DNA from: an uncultured Elusimicrobia bacterium
GTDB taxonomy: Bacteria > Elusimicrobiota > Elusimicrobia > Elusimicrobiales > UBA9959
DNA: 64,000 bases
NCBI GenBank assembly: GCA_903867985.1
Contig: CAIPTO010000029.1
Coordinates: 65-64,064, forward strand
Direction of reading: 5' to 3'
Made by a program: the position numbers and the translations under genes. This document shows, in pieces, positions 15,899 through 24,961 of the stretch. Within the stretch, counting starts at the first letter, position 1. Every line of letters starts with the position of its first letter. Below the pieces are notes generated by a model. That model saw only the letters and a list, made by a program, of their open reading frames with translations, ran no database searches and was not told the origin of the DNA.

Positions 15899-17737
15899 AT
15901 GCAACAAGATAACGCAAAGCGCAGGCAGGACCTGCGGAACATCGCCATCATCGCCCACGTCGACCACGGCAAAACGACAATGCTGGACGCGATGCTCAAG
16001 CAGACAGGCGCTTTCAAGGACAAGAGCGGCGAGTCGCGCGAGTGTATAATGGATTCCAACGATTTGGAACGCGAGCGCGGCATCACCATCCTTTCAAAAA
16101 ACACCGCGGTCAAATATAAAGATACGGCTATCCACATAGTGGATACCCCCGGCCACGCCGACTTTGGCAGTGAAGTTGAGCGCGTGCTGCGCATGGTGGA
16201 CGGCGTCCTGCTTCTTGTGGACGCGCTGGACGGGCCAATGCCCCAGACCCGCTTCGTGCTCAAGAAAGCCCTGGCTCTTGGCATCAGACCCATCGTAGTA
16301 GTAAACAAGGTTGACCGTCCCAATTGCGATCCGCACGCAACGCTGGATAAGGTCTTTTCGCTTTTTATGGAACTGGGCGCCAGCGATTACCAGCTGGATT
16401 TCCCTACCGTTTATGCCGTTGGCCGGGACGGCTGGGCCTCCAAGGACTATAAGATCAAGACCAATGACCTCTCTTATCTCTTTGAGACCATTATAAAGTA
16501 TGTGCCCGGCCCGCTGGACAAGGATTCCGAGCCCCTGCGGATGCTGGTGACCATGCTGGACTACAGCTCTTACACCGGGCGCATAGGTATCGGACGGATC
16601 TTCCAGGGCACAGTTTCCACAGGGGCTATGATATCCCTTGCTTCGCCTATATCTAAGCCGGTCACACGCAAGGTCGTGCAGCTCATGGGGTTTAAGGGGC
16701 TTACGCGTGTGCCCGTGCAGACGGCGCGTTCGGGAGATATCGTGGCAATGGCCGGTCTCGAGGGAATAGAGGTCGGAGACACGGTTTCAAGCGCAGAGAA
16801 CCCGGGCGTTCTGCCGGGGCTTGAGATAGAACTGCCGACTCTTGCCATGGAATTTTACGCCAACGACGGGCCTTTTTCCGGCCGGGACGGAAAATTCGTG
16901 ACCATCACCCAGCTCCGCGAGAGGCTTTACCGCGAGCAGCAGATAAATGTGGGCCTTAAAGTGGAAGATATATCCGGTCAGGCCGGCTTTAAGGTTTCAG
17001 GCCGCGGTGAACTGCATCTTTCCATACTTATTGAAACCATGCGCCGGGAAGGTTATGAACTTTGCGTTTCCAAGATGGCTGTCATTACGCATCAGGAGAA
17101 TGGCGTAACCGTGGAGCCGGTGGAATACCTGGTCGCGGACGCCCCCACGGAGTTTCAGGGAGCCACGATGGAAGCGCTGGGCCGCAGAGGCGCCCAGATG
17201 AAAGACATGAAGGTTTGTGACGACGGGCGCGTACGCTTTGAATATGTCGTTTCTTCAAGAGCGCTTATCGGTTTTAAGTCGGAGTTTATGACATTGACCA
17301 AGGGTTCCGGTCTGATGCATCATAACTTTCACGGTTTCATGCCCGAGGGCGGGTTCCAGCCCCCGAAACGTAACGGGGTGTTCATCACCAAAGAGTCTGG
17401 CAAGACCGCCGGTTACGCGCTTAACGGACTTCAGGATCACGGCATAATGTTCGTGAGTCCAAATCAGGATGTCTACTCCGGCCAGGTTGTGGGTGAACAT
17501 TGCCGTTCCAACGATCTTGTGGTGAATCCCTGTAAGGAAAAGAAGCAGACTAATATGCGGTCTTCCACTTCTGATATGTCCATAACCCTTACGCCTCCGC
17601 TCAATATGAGCCTTGAGCAGGCTATTGAGTATGTGGAAGAGGATGAGTTCGTGGAAGTGACTCCTAAATCACTGCGCCTGCGCAAAAAAGTGCTGGATCA
17701 TTCATTACGCAAAAGAGGCGAGAAGGAATACGTCTAG
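15899..17737 (+). CDS. typA: Translational GTPase TypA/BipA
   Basis: G-domain motifs AHVDHGKTT, DTPGH and NKVD are present. The protein is 612 aa and has a strong SD (AAGGAG). Confidence 0.95.
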   Translation: MQQDNAKRRQDLRNIAIIAHVDHGKTTMLDAMLKQTGAFKDKSGESRECIMDSNDLERERGITILSKNTAVKYKDTAIHIVDTPGHADFGSEVERVLRMVDGVLLLVDALDGPMPQTRFVLKKALALGIRPIVVVNKVDRPNCDPHATLDKVFSLFMELGASDYQLDFPTVYAVGRDGWASKDYKIKTNDLSYLFETIIKYVPGPLDKDSEPLRMLVTMLDYSSYTGRIGIGRIFQGTVSTGAMISLASPISKPVTRKVVQLMGFKGLTRVPVQTARSGDIVAMAGLEGIEVGDTVSSAENPGVLPGLEIELPTLAMEFYANDGPFSGRDGKFVTITQLRERLYREQQINVGLKVEDISGQAGFKVSGRGELHLSILIETMRREGYELCVSKMAVITHQENGVTVEPVEYLVADAPTEFQGATMEALGRRGAQMKDMKVCDDGRVRFEYVVSSRALIGFKSEFMTLTKGSGLMHHNFHGFMPEGGFQPPKRNGVFITKESGKTAGYALNGLQDHGIMFVSPNQDVYSGQVVGEHCRSNDLVVNPCKEKKQTNMRSSTSDMSITLTPPLNMSLEQAIEYVEEDEFVEVTPKSLRLRKKVLDHSLRKRGEKEYV

Positions 17738-17808
17738 AATTTTATGCCGTTCAATGTTGAAATAAAAGCCCTTGCCGCTAAAACTCCGGTCTTGTATACT
17801 ATATTTAA

Positions 17809-17860
17809 GGTTATCCCCCATATTTGCTTAACACAATATATCGGGGGATAACCCCTTTTT
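17809..17860 (+). terminator. Intrinsic terminator downstream of typA
   Basis: A perfect 11-bp stem GGTTATCCCCC/GGGGGATAACC with a 23-nt loop is followed by CCTTTTT. Confidence 0.6.
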
Positions 17861-17941
17861 CGACTGGTTTGTCGGACCTTGAGGTGTGACTAAATTTCGG
17901 ATCTTATAAAATACACTCGTATTTTATGCCGCGGGGGAGAA

Positions 17942-18373
17942 ATGCAGCACAAAATTCTGATAGTCGATGACGAAGAGAGCGTCCGGTTTGTCATTAAGGA
18001 GGCTTTTTCACGCTCCTACCAGGTATTTACCGCGGCGGAAGGTATGGATGCCCTTGAAATAATACAAAGAGAGCACCCCGCGCTGGTTTTTCTGGATATC
18101 AAGATGCCGGGTCTGTCCGGCTTGGATGTTCTGCGGATGGTGAAGGATGCCGGCCTCAGTCCCATTATCTGGATGCTGACTGGCGAAGAGGATCTTGATG
18201 TTGCTCTCAAGACCCTAAGAATGGGCGCGTCAGGATATCTGACCAAACCGTTTGAGATACAGAGGATCCGGGATATAGTTGTGAATGCCATAACAGGCAG
18301 CGAGCAGAAGGCACATCACGATACACGGGAAGACAGGCCGTGGAGAGTGAAGAAAAAAAGTCCCAAGAAATAG
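17942..18373 (+). CDS. Stand-alone response regulator receiver (CheY-like)
   Basis: The DDE acidic pocket, LVFLDIKMPGLSG phospho-Asp context and YLTKPF are present. There is no output domain. Confidence 0.9.
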   Translation: MQHKILIVDDEESVRFVIKEAFSRSYQVFTAAEGMDALEIIQREHPALVFLDIKMPGLSGLDVLRMVKDAGLSPIIWMLTGEEDLDVALKTLRMGASGYLTKPFEIQRIRDIVVNAITGSEQKAHHDTREDRPWRVKKKSPKK

Positions 18374-18401
18374 CAGTAATATTTGCGTCTGCCGGAAAAA
18401 A

Positions 18402-18431
18402 TACCCGACCCTGACCGGCCGGGTACTTTTT
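18402..18431 (+). terminator. Intrinsic terminator
   Basis: The stem TACCCGACC/GGCCGGGTA is followed by CTTTTT. Confidence 0.55.
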
Positions 18432-18513
18432 ATTCCAATGCGGCGCGGTTTTCGGGATTAAAGCCGCATACTTTTTTATGAATTTACGCGGACGGCGGTA
18501 ACGCAGATTTCAC

Positions 18514-18542
18514 TTGAATCGGGGCCTTTTCATAGTTACAAT
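18514..18542 (+). promoter_or_regulatory. Putative promoter (TTGAAT-N17-TACAAT)
   Basis: TTGAAT lies at 18514-18519 and TACAAT at 18537-18542. An SD (AAGGGGGA) precedes the ATG at 18570. Confidence 0.5.
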
Positions 18543-18569
18543 AAGGTGTAGCGGTTGAAAGGGGGAAGC

Positions 18570-19937
18570 ATGCATAAAAATTTAAAAGGCGTGAAAACCG
18601 GCGTAGGCGGGGAGGTCCCGGCCGGACTCTATGGGATCGTGTGTAAGGCCAGTGGAATTGCTCTGTATGTTTATAAGCTGGAAGACCCGCGTGATAACGC
18701 AAGTCTCCGGCTGATAGTTGTTAACCCGGCCGGGGCGGCAATCGTGGGCTTGAAGGCGGCCGCAATGAAAGGACGCTTCATGCAGGACCTTTTCCCGGAC
18801 ATGGCCAGACGGGGACTGGTGGATAAGTGCGCCGATGTGGTCCGTAAAAGGCGCGGTTTCAGGACGGCCGAATTTTTTTATGAACGAAAAGGCTGGCCCG
18901 GAATCTGGTATTCCGTTAAAACCTTCCCCCTGCCCGGCGACTGTATGGGAGTCCTGTTAGAGGATATCATTCGCTTTAAGAAGAACGAGGCCCGTCTTTC
19001 TCTGGCTGCGCGCCACCTTGAGAGCATTATCAATACCATCGGTTCCCCTATTTTCATTAAAGACCGCAAGCACCGCTGGATAATTCTCAACGACGCCCTT
19101 TGCAACTTCATGGGACATCCTCGTTCCAGCCTTATCGGAAAAAGCGATTATGATTTTTTTCCGAAGAATGAGGCCGATGTTTTTTGGGAAAAGGACGAAC
19201 TCGTTTTTAAAACCCGTAAGAAAAATGTGAATGAGGAGTTATTGACCGACGCAACCGGGCAGGTCCACACTATATTGACGACCAAACGCGTTTTTAAGGA
19301 CGCGAATTCCAATGATATCCTGGTTGGCGTCATTCACGACGTCACCGAAATTAAAAAAGCCAACGCGAGCCTCAAGCTTTTCCGCACCCTTCTGGAACGC
19401 TCCAATGACGCGTTTTACATAGTCGATCCGAAGGACGGCTCTTTTCTTGATTTCACCCGTACGGCCTGCCGGCGGCTGGGCTACACGCGTAAAACCATGC
19501 TGTGTATGCGAGTTTCCGATATCGAGACGAAATTGAAGGATAAAAAAGAATGGGATGCTATTGTTAAAAAGGTGGCCGCGAAAGGCTCCATGCTTTTTAT
19601 TGGTGAACATAAGCGGCGTGACGGTTCCGTTTTCTCGGTCGAGGTCAACTTGACCTTCACCAAGGTGGGTGGGCGGGAATTCCTGCTTGCCGCGGCCAGG
19701 GACATTTCCGAACGGTTGAAACTTGAAGACGCGACACGCGAACTGAAAACTTTACAGGGTCTGGTGCCCATATGCGCCAGATGCAAGAATATCCGCAATG
19801 ACAAGGGATACTGGGAGCAGGTGGAAACTTATATAGAGAAGCGGTCCGACGCCAGATTCACGCACGGCATTTGTGAAAAATGCTCAAAGGAGCTGTACGG
19901 CAAGGAAGACTGGTTTAAGTCCTCCCGAAAGAAATAA
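18570..19937 (+). CDS. Multi-PAS sensor protein with a C-terminal Cys/His-rich module (no kinase domain)
   Basis: PAS-like repeats are followed by the C-terminal sequence LVPICARCKNIRNDKGYWEQVETYIEKRSDARFTHGICEKCSKELY. Confidence 0.75.
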   Translation: MHKNLKGVKTGVGGEVPAGLYGIVCKASGIALYVYKLEDPRDNASLRLIVVNPAGAAIVGLKAAAMKGRFMQDLFPDMARRGLVDKCADVVRKRRGFRTAEFFYERKGWPGIWYSVKTFPLPGDCMGVLLEDIIRFKKNEARLSLAARHLESIINTIGSPIFIKDRKHRWIILNDALCNFMGHPRSSLIGKSDYDFFPKNEADVFWEKDELVFKTRKKNVNEELLTDATGQVHTILTTKRVFKDANSNDILVGVIHDVTEIKKANASLKLFRTLLERSNDAFYIVDPKDGSFLDFTRTACRRLGYTRKTMLCMRVSDIETKLKDKKEWDAIVKKVAAKGSMLFIGEHKRRDGSVFSVEVNLTFTKVGGREFLLAAARDISERLKLEDATRELKTLQGLVPICARCKNIRNDKGYWEQVETYIEKRSDARFTHGICEKCSKELYGKEDWFKSSRKK

Positions 19938-19963
19938 CTTACTGCCGCCTTTTGCGGGGGGGA

Positions 19964-20008
19964 AACAGGCCGGGATACTTTCCATATCCGGCCTGTTCCA
20001 TTTTCTTT
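19964..20008 (+). terminator. Intrinsic terminator
   Basis: The stem AACAGGCCGG/CCGGCCTGTT is followed by a T-rich tract (CCATTTTCTTT). Confidence 0.65.
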
Positions 20009-20081
20009 GGCGGAGCACCTCATAGCTGTAGCTGTGATAAGGTAACTTTTAGCCCCATTACTTTATATACTGACTTCTATC

Positions 20082-21371
20082 ATGCGAAGAGGATGTGCAA
20101 GGCTTAGCGTTCAGGCATCGGTGAAAGACGGAGGATTCTGGGCCCTTATGACGGGCTTTGTGGAGCCGTATATCGTTCCTTTTGCCATGGCCCTCGGGGC
20201 GTCTATGCCCGCCATAGGTTTCCTGCGTTCCGTCCCCGCCCTTATTGGTTCCCTTTCCCAGATAGTCAATGAACGGTTTGTGGCGCGGCTGGGGAGCTGC
20301 CGCCGGGCGATACTGGCCGATGTTCTCGTTCAGGCCTTAGCCGCAGGCGCCGGAGCTGTCAGCGCGTTTCTTCCCTCGCCCTATGGGCTGTATTTTTTTA
20401 TCATGACCGTCACACTGTACACCCTCAGCGGCGCGATGTCCGGTCCGCCCTGGGCCGCATTGATGGGCGAGTATATCCCGGCGTCAAAGAGGGGGGAGTT
20501 CTTCGGCGTCCGTTCGCAGCTGGTCGGTTTTACCTTTTTCGCGGGAAGTTTTGCGGCCTCCGGTATTCTTAGCCTGTGCGGTGCCGGGAGTCTGAGCGGT
20601 TTTGTCATAATTTTCTCCATGGCGGCAGTCTTCCGTCTCATTTCTTTTTATTATGTCGGGAAGATGTATGAGCCCGGCACCAGTTTTCACATGCCCAAAA
20701 GCGTTACGCCGGACCTTCTTAAAATACTTGATTACCGCAACAACCGGGTTTCCGCCATGTTCATGTCGGCGTTCATGCTCCTGGCGGCCACTTACCTGAC
20801 GGCGCCATACTTCAGCGTTTATGTGCTTGCCGAGTTAAAATATGATTATTTCCGTTACACCTTAATAACTACGATAGGGCCGCTCATGACCTACCTTCTC
20901 ATGAAGCGCTGGGGCCGTATGGCCGATATTTTCGGCAGCGTGAAGATACTTAAAACGGCGTTTTTTCTTATCCCAACGGTCCCCATCCTCTGGACTTTTA
21001 ACAGTGGTTTCGTGTATCTTTCCCTTGTAGAAGTATATTCCGGCATCATCTGGGGCGCGTATCTGATTGGAATTAATAATTTTATATATGAGGCGGCAGA
21101 GCCAAGACTGCGGACCGGAATTAACGCCTATTTCTGTTTCGTAAGCGGTCTTGCCCAATTCGGCGGCGCGATGACCGGGGGTTGGCTTTATGACACCTTA
21201 CCGTCTTTAGGTGGCAGTTCATTTATCCCTTTGCTGCTCCTGTCAGGCGTCCTGAGATTTTTTTCTCTTGCGCCGCTGTTAAGGTTGGTGAAGGAAAGTT
21301 CCGGAGTCAGGCCGGCAAACGCCTGCGAACTTGCACTCTGCTTTTTAGGCTTTAGGTCGGTTAACAGGTAA
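20082..21371 (+). CDS. MFS-type transporter
   Basis: It has about 12 predicted TM helices and MFS-like loop motifs, with no other domain. The exact start is uncertain. Confidence 0.65.
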   Translation: MRRGCARLSVQASVKDGGFWALMTGFVEPYIVPFAMALGASMPAIGFLRSVPALIGSLSQIVNERFVARLGSCRRAILADVLVQALAAGAGAVSAFLPSPYGLYFFIMTVTLYTLSGAMSGPPWAALMGEYIPASKRGEFFGVRSQLVGFTFFAGSFAASGILSLCGAGSLSGFVIIFSMAAVFRLISFYYVGKMYEPGTSFHMPKSVTPDLLKILDYRNNRVSAMFMSAFMLLAATYLTAPYFSVYVLAELKYDYFRYTLITTIGPLMTYLLMKRWGRMADIFGSVKILKTAFFLIPTVPILWTFNSGFVYLSLVEVYSGIIWGAYLIGINNFIYEAAEPRLRTGINAYFCFVSGLAQFGGAMTGGWLYDTLPSLGGSSFIPLLLLSGVLRFFSLAPLLRLVKESSGVRPANACELALCFLGFRSVNR

Positions 21372-21449
21372 CAACTTAGCGCCATGTTCTGATCTGAGGA
21401 ACGCCGCTGCCGACGCTACCCGTAACGAACAAGGATATGCAAAAGACTC

Positions 21450-21478
21450 TTGACAAGATTATGCCGCCGCCGTATACT
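21450..21478 (+). promoter_or_regulatory. Consensus promoter (TTGACA-N17-TATACT)
   Basis: TTGACA lies at 21450-21455 and TATACT at 21473-21478. Confidence 0.6.
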
Positions 21479-21540
21479 CTATTTAAGTTCGTTTTATGGT
21501 GTGAGTGCGGAACGCCGAATGTCAATATGAGAGGACTCTT

Positions 21541-22530
21541 ATGAAAATCAGAACCGGTTTGGCGGCAATATTACTTATCATACCGGTGGCATGGTTCGTT
21601 TCCGGGCACAGATTCACCGTCAATAGAGCGCCGGATTTCAGGGACGCGCCGCGGGATATTTCCGCGCTGGAGACTCTCAGTTCTGACGAGTTCGCCAAAG
21701 TAGGCGCGGATTCCACCCCGGAGCTTCCGGCTCCGCAGGCGGTTGACGCGGGCGGCGATAAAGAGCAGGCCGATGAGTTTTTTAAATATCTGGACAGCAT
21801 GTACAAGAGTCCGGAATCCTCGCCCATAGATACCGGATATTCCAAATCTCTCGCGCCGGTCTCGGAATCCGCAGTCGGCGAGACGCTCTATTCGCTGAAG
21901 ATCGAAGAGATTCTGAATAGATATCTCTATTCCGATCTGAAATTTAAAACAGCTAACGGCGCGGTCATTCATTTAAGCGGCAATAAATCTTCGAACTGTC
22001 CCGGGGGAGCCGCGAAGTGCGATGATAAAGAGAAAATTTTCATCATCCTGACATCTGCCGGCGGCGAGTCCCGTTTTATAAGGGTAATGGATGTGGCTAA
22101 TTACGGGATTGTAATGCACGGGTCAAAGACCGTGGATATCAACGGGGAACAATTCACGATCAAGGTCTACGTAAACCCCGGCTCACCTGAAAACAGCCGG
22201 ATAGAGATAAAAAGCGGCAATAATAAGGTTCTGGAGTCTACCCTGATGAATCTCAGCGAGATAGTTGCAAGTAAAGGCGCGGATGTTAAACTGAGCAGGG
22301 CGTATAAACTTGTGTACGGCAATGAGGTGCTGGCGCAGGGCAAGTCTGACGCCAAATTCACTGATAAACGACGGGTTATCCTGATGCCATTCCCGGTGGA
22401 AATGGGGGCCAAGTCTTATCTGCTTGAGTCCTCTGATATAACGCCTTCCGGAGTGACTTACCCCGAATTAGACCGCACTGTCGGTTTTAAACTTGTGAAC
22501 GGGGTCCTGAATATTTTCAGGCTTAAATAA
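21541..22530 (+). CDS. Hypothetical membrane-anchored or secreted protein
   Basis: An SD (GAGAGGA) precedes the ATG at 21541, followed by an N-terminal TM or signal segment. I recognise no motif. Confidence 0.5.
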   Translation: MKIRTGLAAILLIIPVAWFVSGHRFTVNRAPDFRDAPRDISALETLSSDEFAKVGADSTPELPAPQAVDAGGDKEQADEFFKYLDSMYKSPESSPIDTGYSKSLAPVSESAVGETLYSLKIEEILNRYLYSDLKFKTANGAVIHLSGNKSSNCPGGAAKCDDKEKIFIILTSAGGESRFIRVMDVANYGIVMHGSKTVDINGEQFTIKVYVNPGSPENSRIEIKSGNNKVLESTLMNLSEIVASKGADVKLSRAYKLVYGNEVLAQGKSDAKFTDKRRVILMPFPVEMGAKSYLLESSDITPSGVTYPELDRTVGFKLVNGVLNIFRLK

Positions 22531-22539
22531 TTCTATAAC

Positions 22540-22572
22540 AAAAAGCCGTCCGCATCATGCGGACGGCTTTTT
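22540..22572. terminator. Bidirectional intrinsic terminator between convergent genes
   Basis: The sequence is AAAAA-GCCGTCCGC-ATCAT-GCGGACGGC-TTTTT. Confidence 0.8.
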
Positions 22573-22590
22573 GTTATCTTGAAGCGGGAA

Positions 22591-23535
22591 TCAGATTTTT
22601 ACCGTTTTGCCCCTAAGCATGTGCGCGACAAGTATAGCCTTCTGTACGTGCATGCGGTTTTCGGCCTCGTCGAAAATTATCGAATGAGGCCCGTCTATTA
22701 TCTCTCCCGACACTTCCTCGCCGCGGTGCGCGGGCAGGCAGTGCATGAAGACATAATCCTTGTCGGCGTGCTTCATCAGGTCGCCGTTTATCTGGAATCC
22801 TTTGAAATCGCGAAGCTTCTTTTCTTTCTCCGCGTCCTGGCCCATGCTGACCCAGACATCCGTATATATTACATCCGCGCCCTTCACGGCTTCAACGGGG
22901 TCGTTGGTCAGAAGCATCTGAGTGCCTTCTTTCTTTGCGAGCTCCACGCCGAATTTTAATATATCTTTGTCCGGCTCGTAGCCGCGGGGAACCGCCATCC
23001 GGAGATTCATGCCGGTGAGCGGGGCCCCTTCGATCCAGGAGTGGAGGACGTTGTTGCCGTCTCCGACCCAGGCCACGGTCAGGCCTTTTACGCTTTTTTT
23101 GTGCTCCATGATGGTGTAGATGTCGGCCATGATCTGGCAGGGATGATGGGAGTCGGTAAGCCCGTTTATCACGGGGATTGTGGCGTGCTTTGCCAGCTCT
23201 TCCACTTCGCTATGCGCGTAGGTTCTGATCATGACGGCGTCGAGCATGCGGGAGAGGACTTTTGCGGTATCGGCTATGGTTTCGCCGCGCTTGAGCTGGA
23301 GGTCGTTGGCGCTGAGGAACAGCGGATATCCGCCCAACTGGTACATGCCGACTTCAAAAGACACGCGGGTCCTGGTTGAGGATTTCTGGAATATCATCCC
23401 CAGCGTTTTGCCTTCAAGCGGTTTGGCGGGATCGCCCTTTTTCTGGCGGGCCTTTATCTTCCCGGTCAGATCAAAAATCTCTTTAATCTCATCTTTGGTG
23501 TAATCCGCGACTCTTAAAAAATCTTTTTTGGTCAT
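22591..23535 (-). CDS. argF: Ornithine carbamoyltransferase
   Basis: Motifs STRTRVSFE, HPCQ, DVWVSMG and HCLPAHRGEEV are present. Confidence 0.9.
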   Translation of the reverse strand: MTKKDFLRVADYTKDEIKEIFDLTGKIKARQKKGDPAKPLEGKTLGMIFQKSSTRTRVSFEVGMYQLGGYPLFLSANDLQLKRGETIADTAKVLSRMLDAVMIRTYAHSEVEELAKHATIPVINGLTDSHHPCQIMADIYTIMEHKKSVKGLTVAWVGDGNNVLHSWIEGAPLTGMNLRMAVPRGYEPDKDILKFGVELAKKEGTQMLLTNDPVEAVKGADVIYTDVWVSMGQDAEKEKKLRDFKGFQINGDLMKHADKDYVFMHCLPAHRGEEVSGEIIDGPHSIIFDEAENRMHVQKAILVAHMLRGKTVKI

Positions 23536-23637
23536 TAACGTCCACCTCCCGGGTAATTTAACAATCCGCTCTATATAAAAATTATATAATAAATTTGTCG
23601 CGCCGGACTAACCTTACCATTCGCATAAGGAGCGGGT

Positions 23638-24174
23638 ATGAGGAACAAGGCTATTTCTGTTTTTATCCTGTTTTTTTTGGGCGCCTGCGGCCCTTACAAA
23701 CATGCGGTCCAGCCCCCCGCCGGATCTGAAGGTGAGTTCATTCTGTCCTCAGCTGATTTCAGGGATAATAATCTTATGCCGCGCGCTTTTGCGTGCGACG
23801 GGATAAATATTTCTCCGGCCCTGAAGTGGAACGGCGTCCCTTCAGGGGTGAAGAGCTTTATACTGACCATGCGATCCCCTGACTCGGCAAGCGGCGATTT
23901 CCTTCACTGGGCGGTGGTTGATATCCCGGCTGCGGTAAGAGGGGTTGAAAGAAATGCCAAATTCCCGCCCAATTCCAGGGAACTTAAGAATGATTTTACG
24001 ACTTCAGGCTACTCCGGCCCCTGCCCGCCTTCAGGGTCGTCTTACCGCTATGTTTTTACTCTGTACGCCGTAGATGCCGTAAGGTTTAACGACTCCCCGG
24101 CTCCGCTTGATGATTTTCTTAAGGGCCATACTCTGGCTAAAGCAGTGCTCACCGGCATTTACAAGAAGAGATGA
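23638..24174 (+). CDS. YbhB/YbcL (PEBP) family lipoprotein
   Basis: The lipobox is LGAC, and [23 protein letters not shown] is the PEBP signature. Confidence 0.85.
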   Translation: MRNKAISVFILFFLGACGPYKHAVQPPAGSEGEFILSSADFRDNNLMPRAFACDGINISPALKWNGVPSGVKSFILTMRSPDSASGDFLHWAVVDIPAAVRGVERNAKFPPNSRELKNDFTTSGYSGPCPPSGSSYRYVFTLYAVDAVRFNDSPAPLDDFLKGHTLAKAVLTGIYKKR

Positions 24175-24797
24175 ACTCCATGCGTATAATTGAAGACATC
24201 CGGACGGTATTCAGTGAGGATCCCGCGGCGCGCAGCTTCCTGGAAGTGCTCACCTGTTATCCAGGCCTTCATGCGGTATGGCTGCATCGCGTTTCGCACC
24301 GTCTCTGGACGCTGGGCCTGCGGTTGCCGGCGCGGCTTCTCTCGCAGATCGGTCGTGCCCTGACCGGCATTGAGATACACCCCGGCGCTACGATCGGCAG
24401 ACGCTTTTTTATAGATCACGGCATGGGTGTCGTTATCGGCGAGACTACTGAGATAGGGGACGATGTGCTGATGTATCAGGGCGTAGTAATGGGCGGCACC
24501 TCTCTGGAGAAAAAGAAAAGGCATCCGACCGTCGGTAACAAGGTCGTGATAGGAGCGGGGGCCATAGTTTTAGGAGCCATCGTCATCGGAGATCACGCCC
24601 GTATCGGCGCCGGCTCAGTAGTGCTGAAAGATGTGCCCCGCGACACCACTGTTTTCGGTATTCCCGCCAAGGCAAGGGACGGCGGCATCGGGGAAGCGGC
24701 TCAACTGGACCATAATAAACTTTTTGACGTCTGTGGTGAGGAGATAAAAGTTTTGCGCGCCGAAGTTGACGAGCTGAAGAAAAAGTTGGCAGACTAG
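24171..24797 (+). CDS. cysE: Serine O-acetyltransferase
   Basis: Hexapeptide repeats and [27 protein letters not shown] are present. It overlaps the upstream gene by ATGA. Confidence 0.9.
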   Translation: MNSMRIIEDIRTVFSEDPAARSFLEVLTCYPGLHAVWLHRVSHRLWTLGLRLPARLLSQIGRALTGIEIHPGATIGRRFFIDHGMGVVIGETTEIGDDVLMYQGVVMGGTSLEKKKRHPTVGNKVVIGAGAIVLGAIVIGDHARIGAGSVVLKDVPRDTTVFGIPAKARDGGIGEAAQLDHNKLFDVCGEEIKVLRAEVDELKKKLAD

Positions 24798-24930
24798 CAG
24801 TCTGGAGGCACAGCCAACCAGCAACTTGGATGTAAAGCAATCCAGCAGTTTAGATACCAGGTAACTGGCAATTTAATTAACGCCAGGCCACTAAATTGCT
24901 TTACATCCAAACTGCTTTGCCTCTGAACCG
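24798..24930. repeat. Intergenic fold-back element, GGATGTAAAGCA word class
   Basis: TTGGATGTAAAGCAAT (24826-24841) pairs with ATTGCTTTACATCCAA (24895-24910). The element shares the boundary words GCAGTCTGGA and CTGCTTTGCCTCT with 32815-32945. Confidence 0.75.
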
Positions 24931-24961
24931 ACGCGCCTCCAAATTTATAAACTTCCAACAT

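Noticed and set aside
24896-24961. The N-terminal extension of cysK ([22 protein letters not shown]) given by the ORF track.
   Set aside because: The extension is encoded by the right arm of the intergenic fold-back element. Conserved CysK sequence begins at [17 protein letters not shown] (ATG at 24962).
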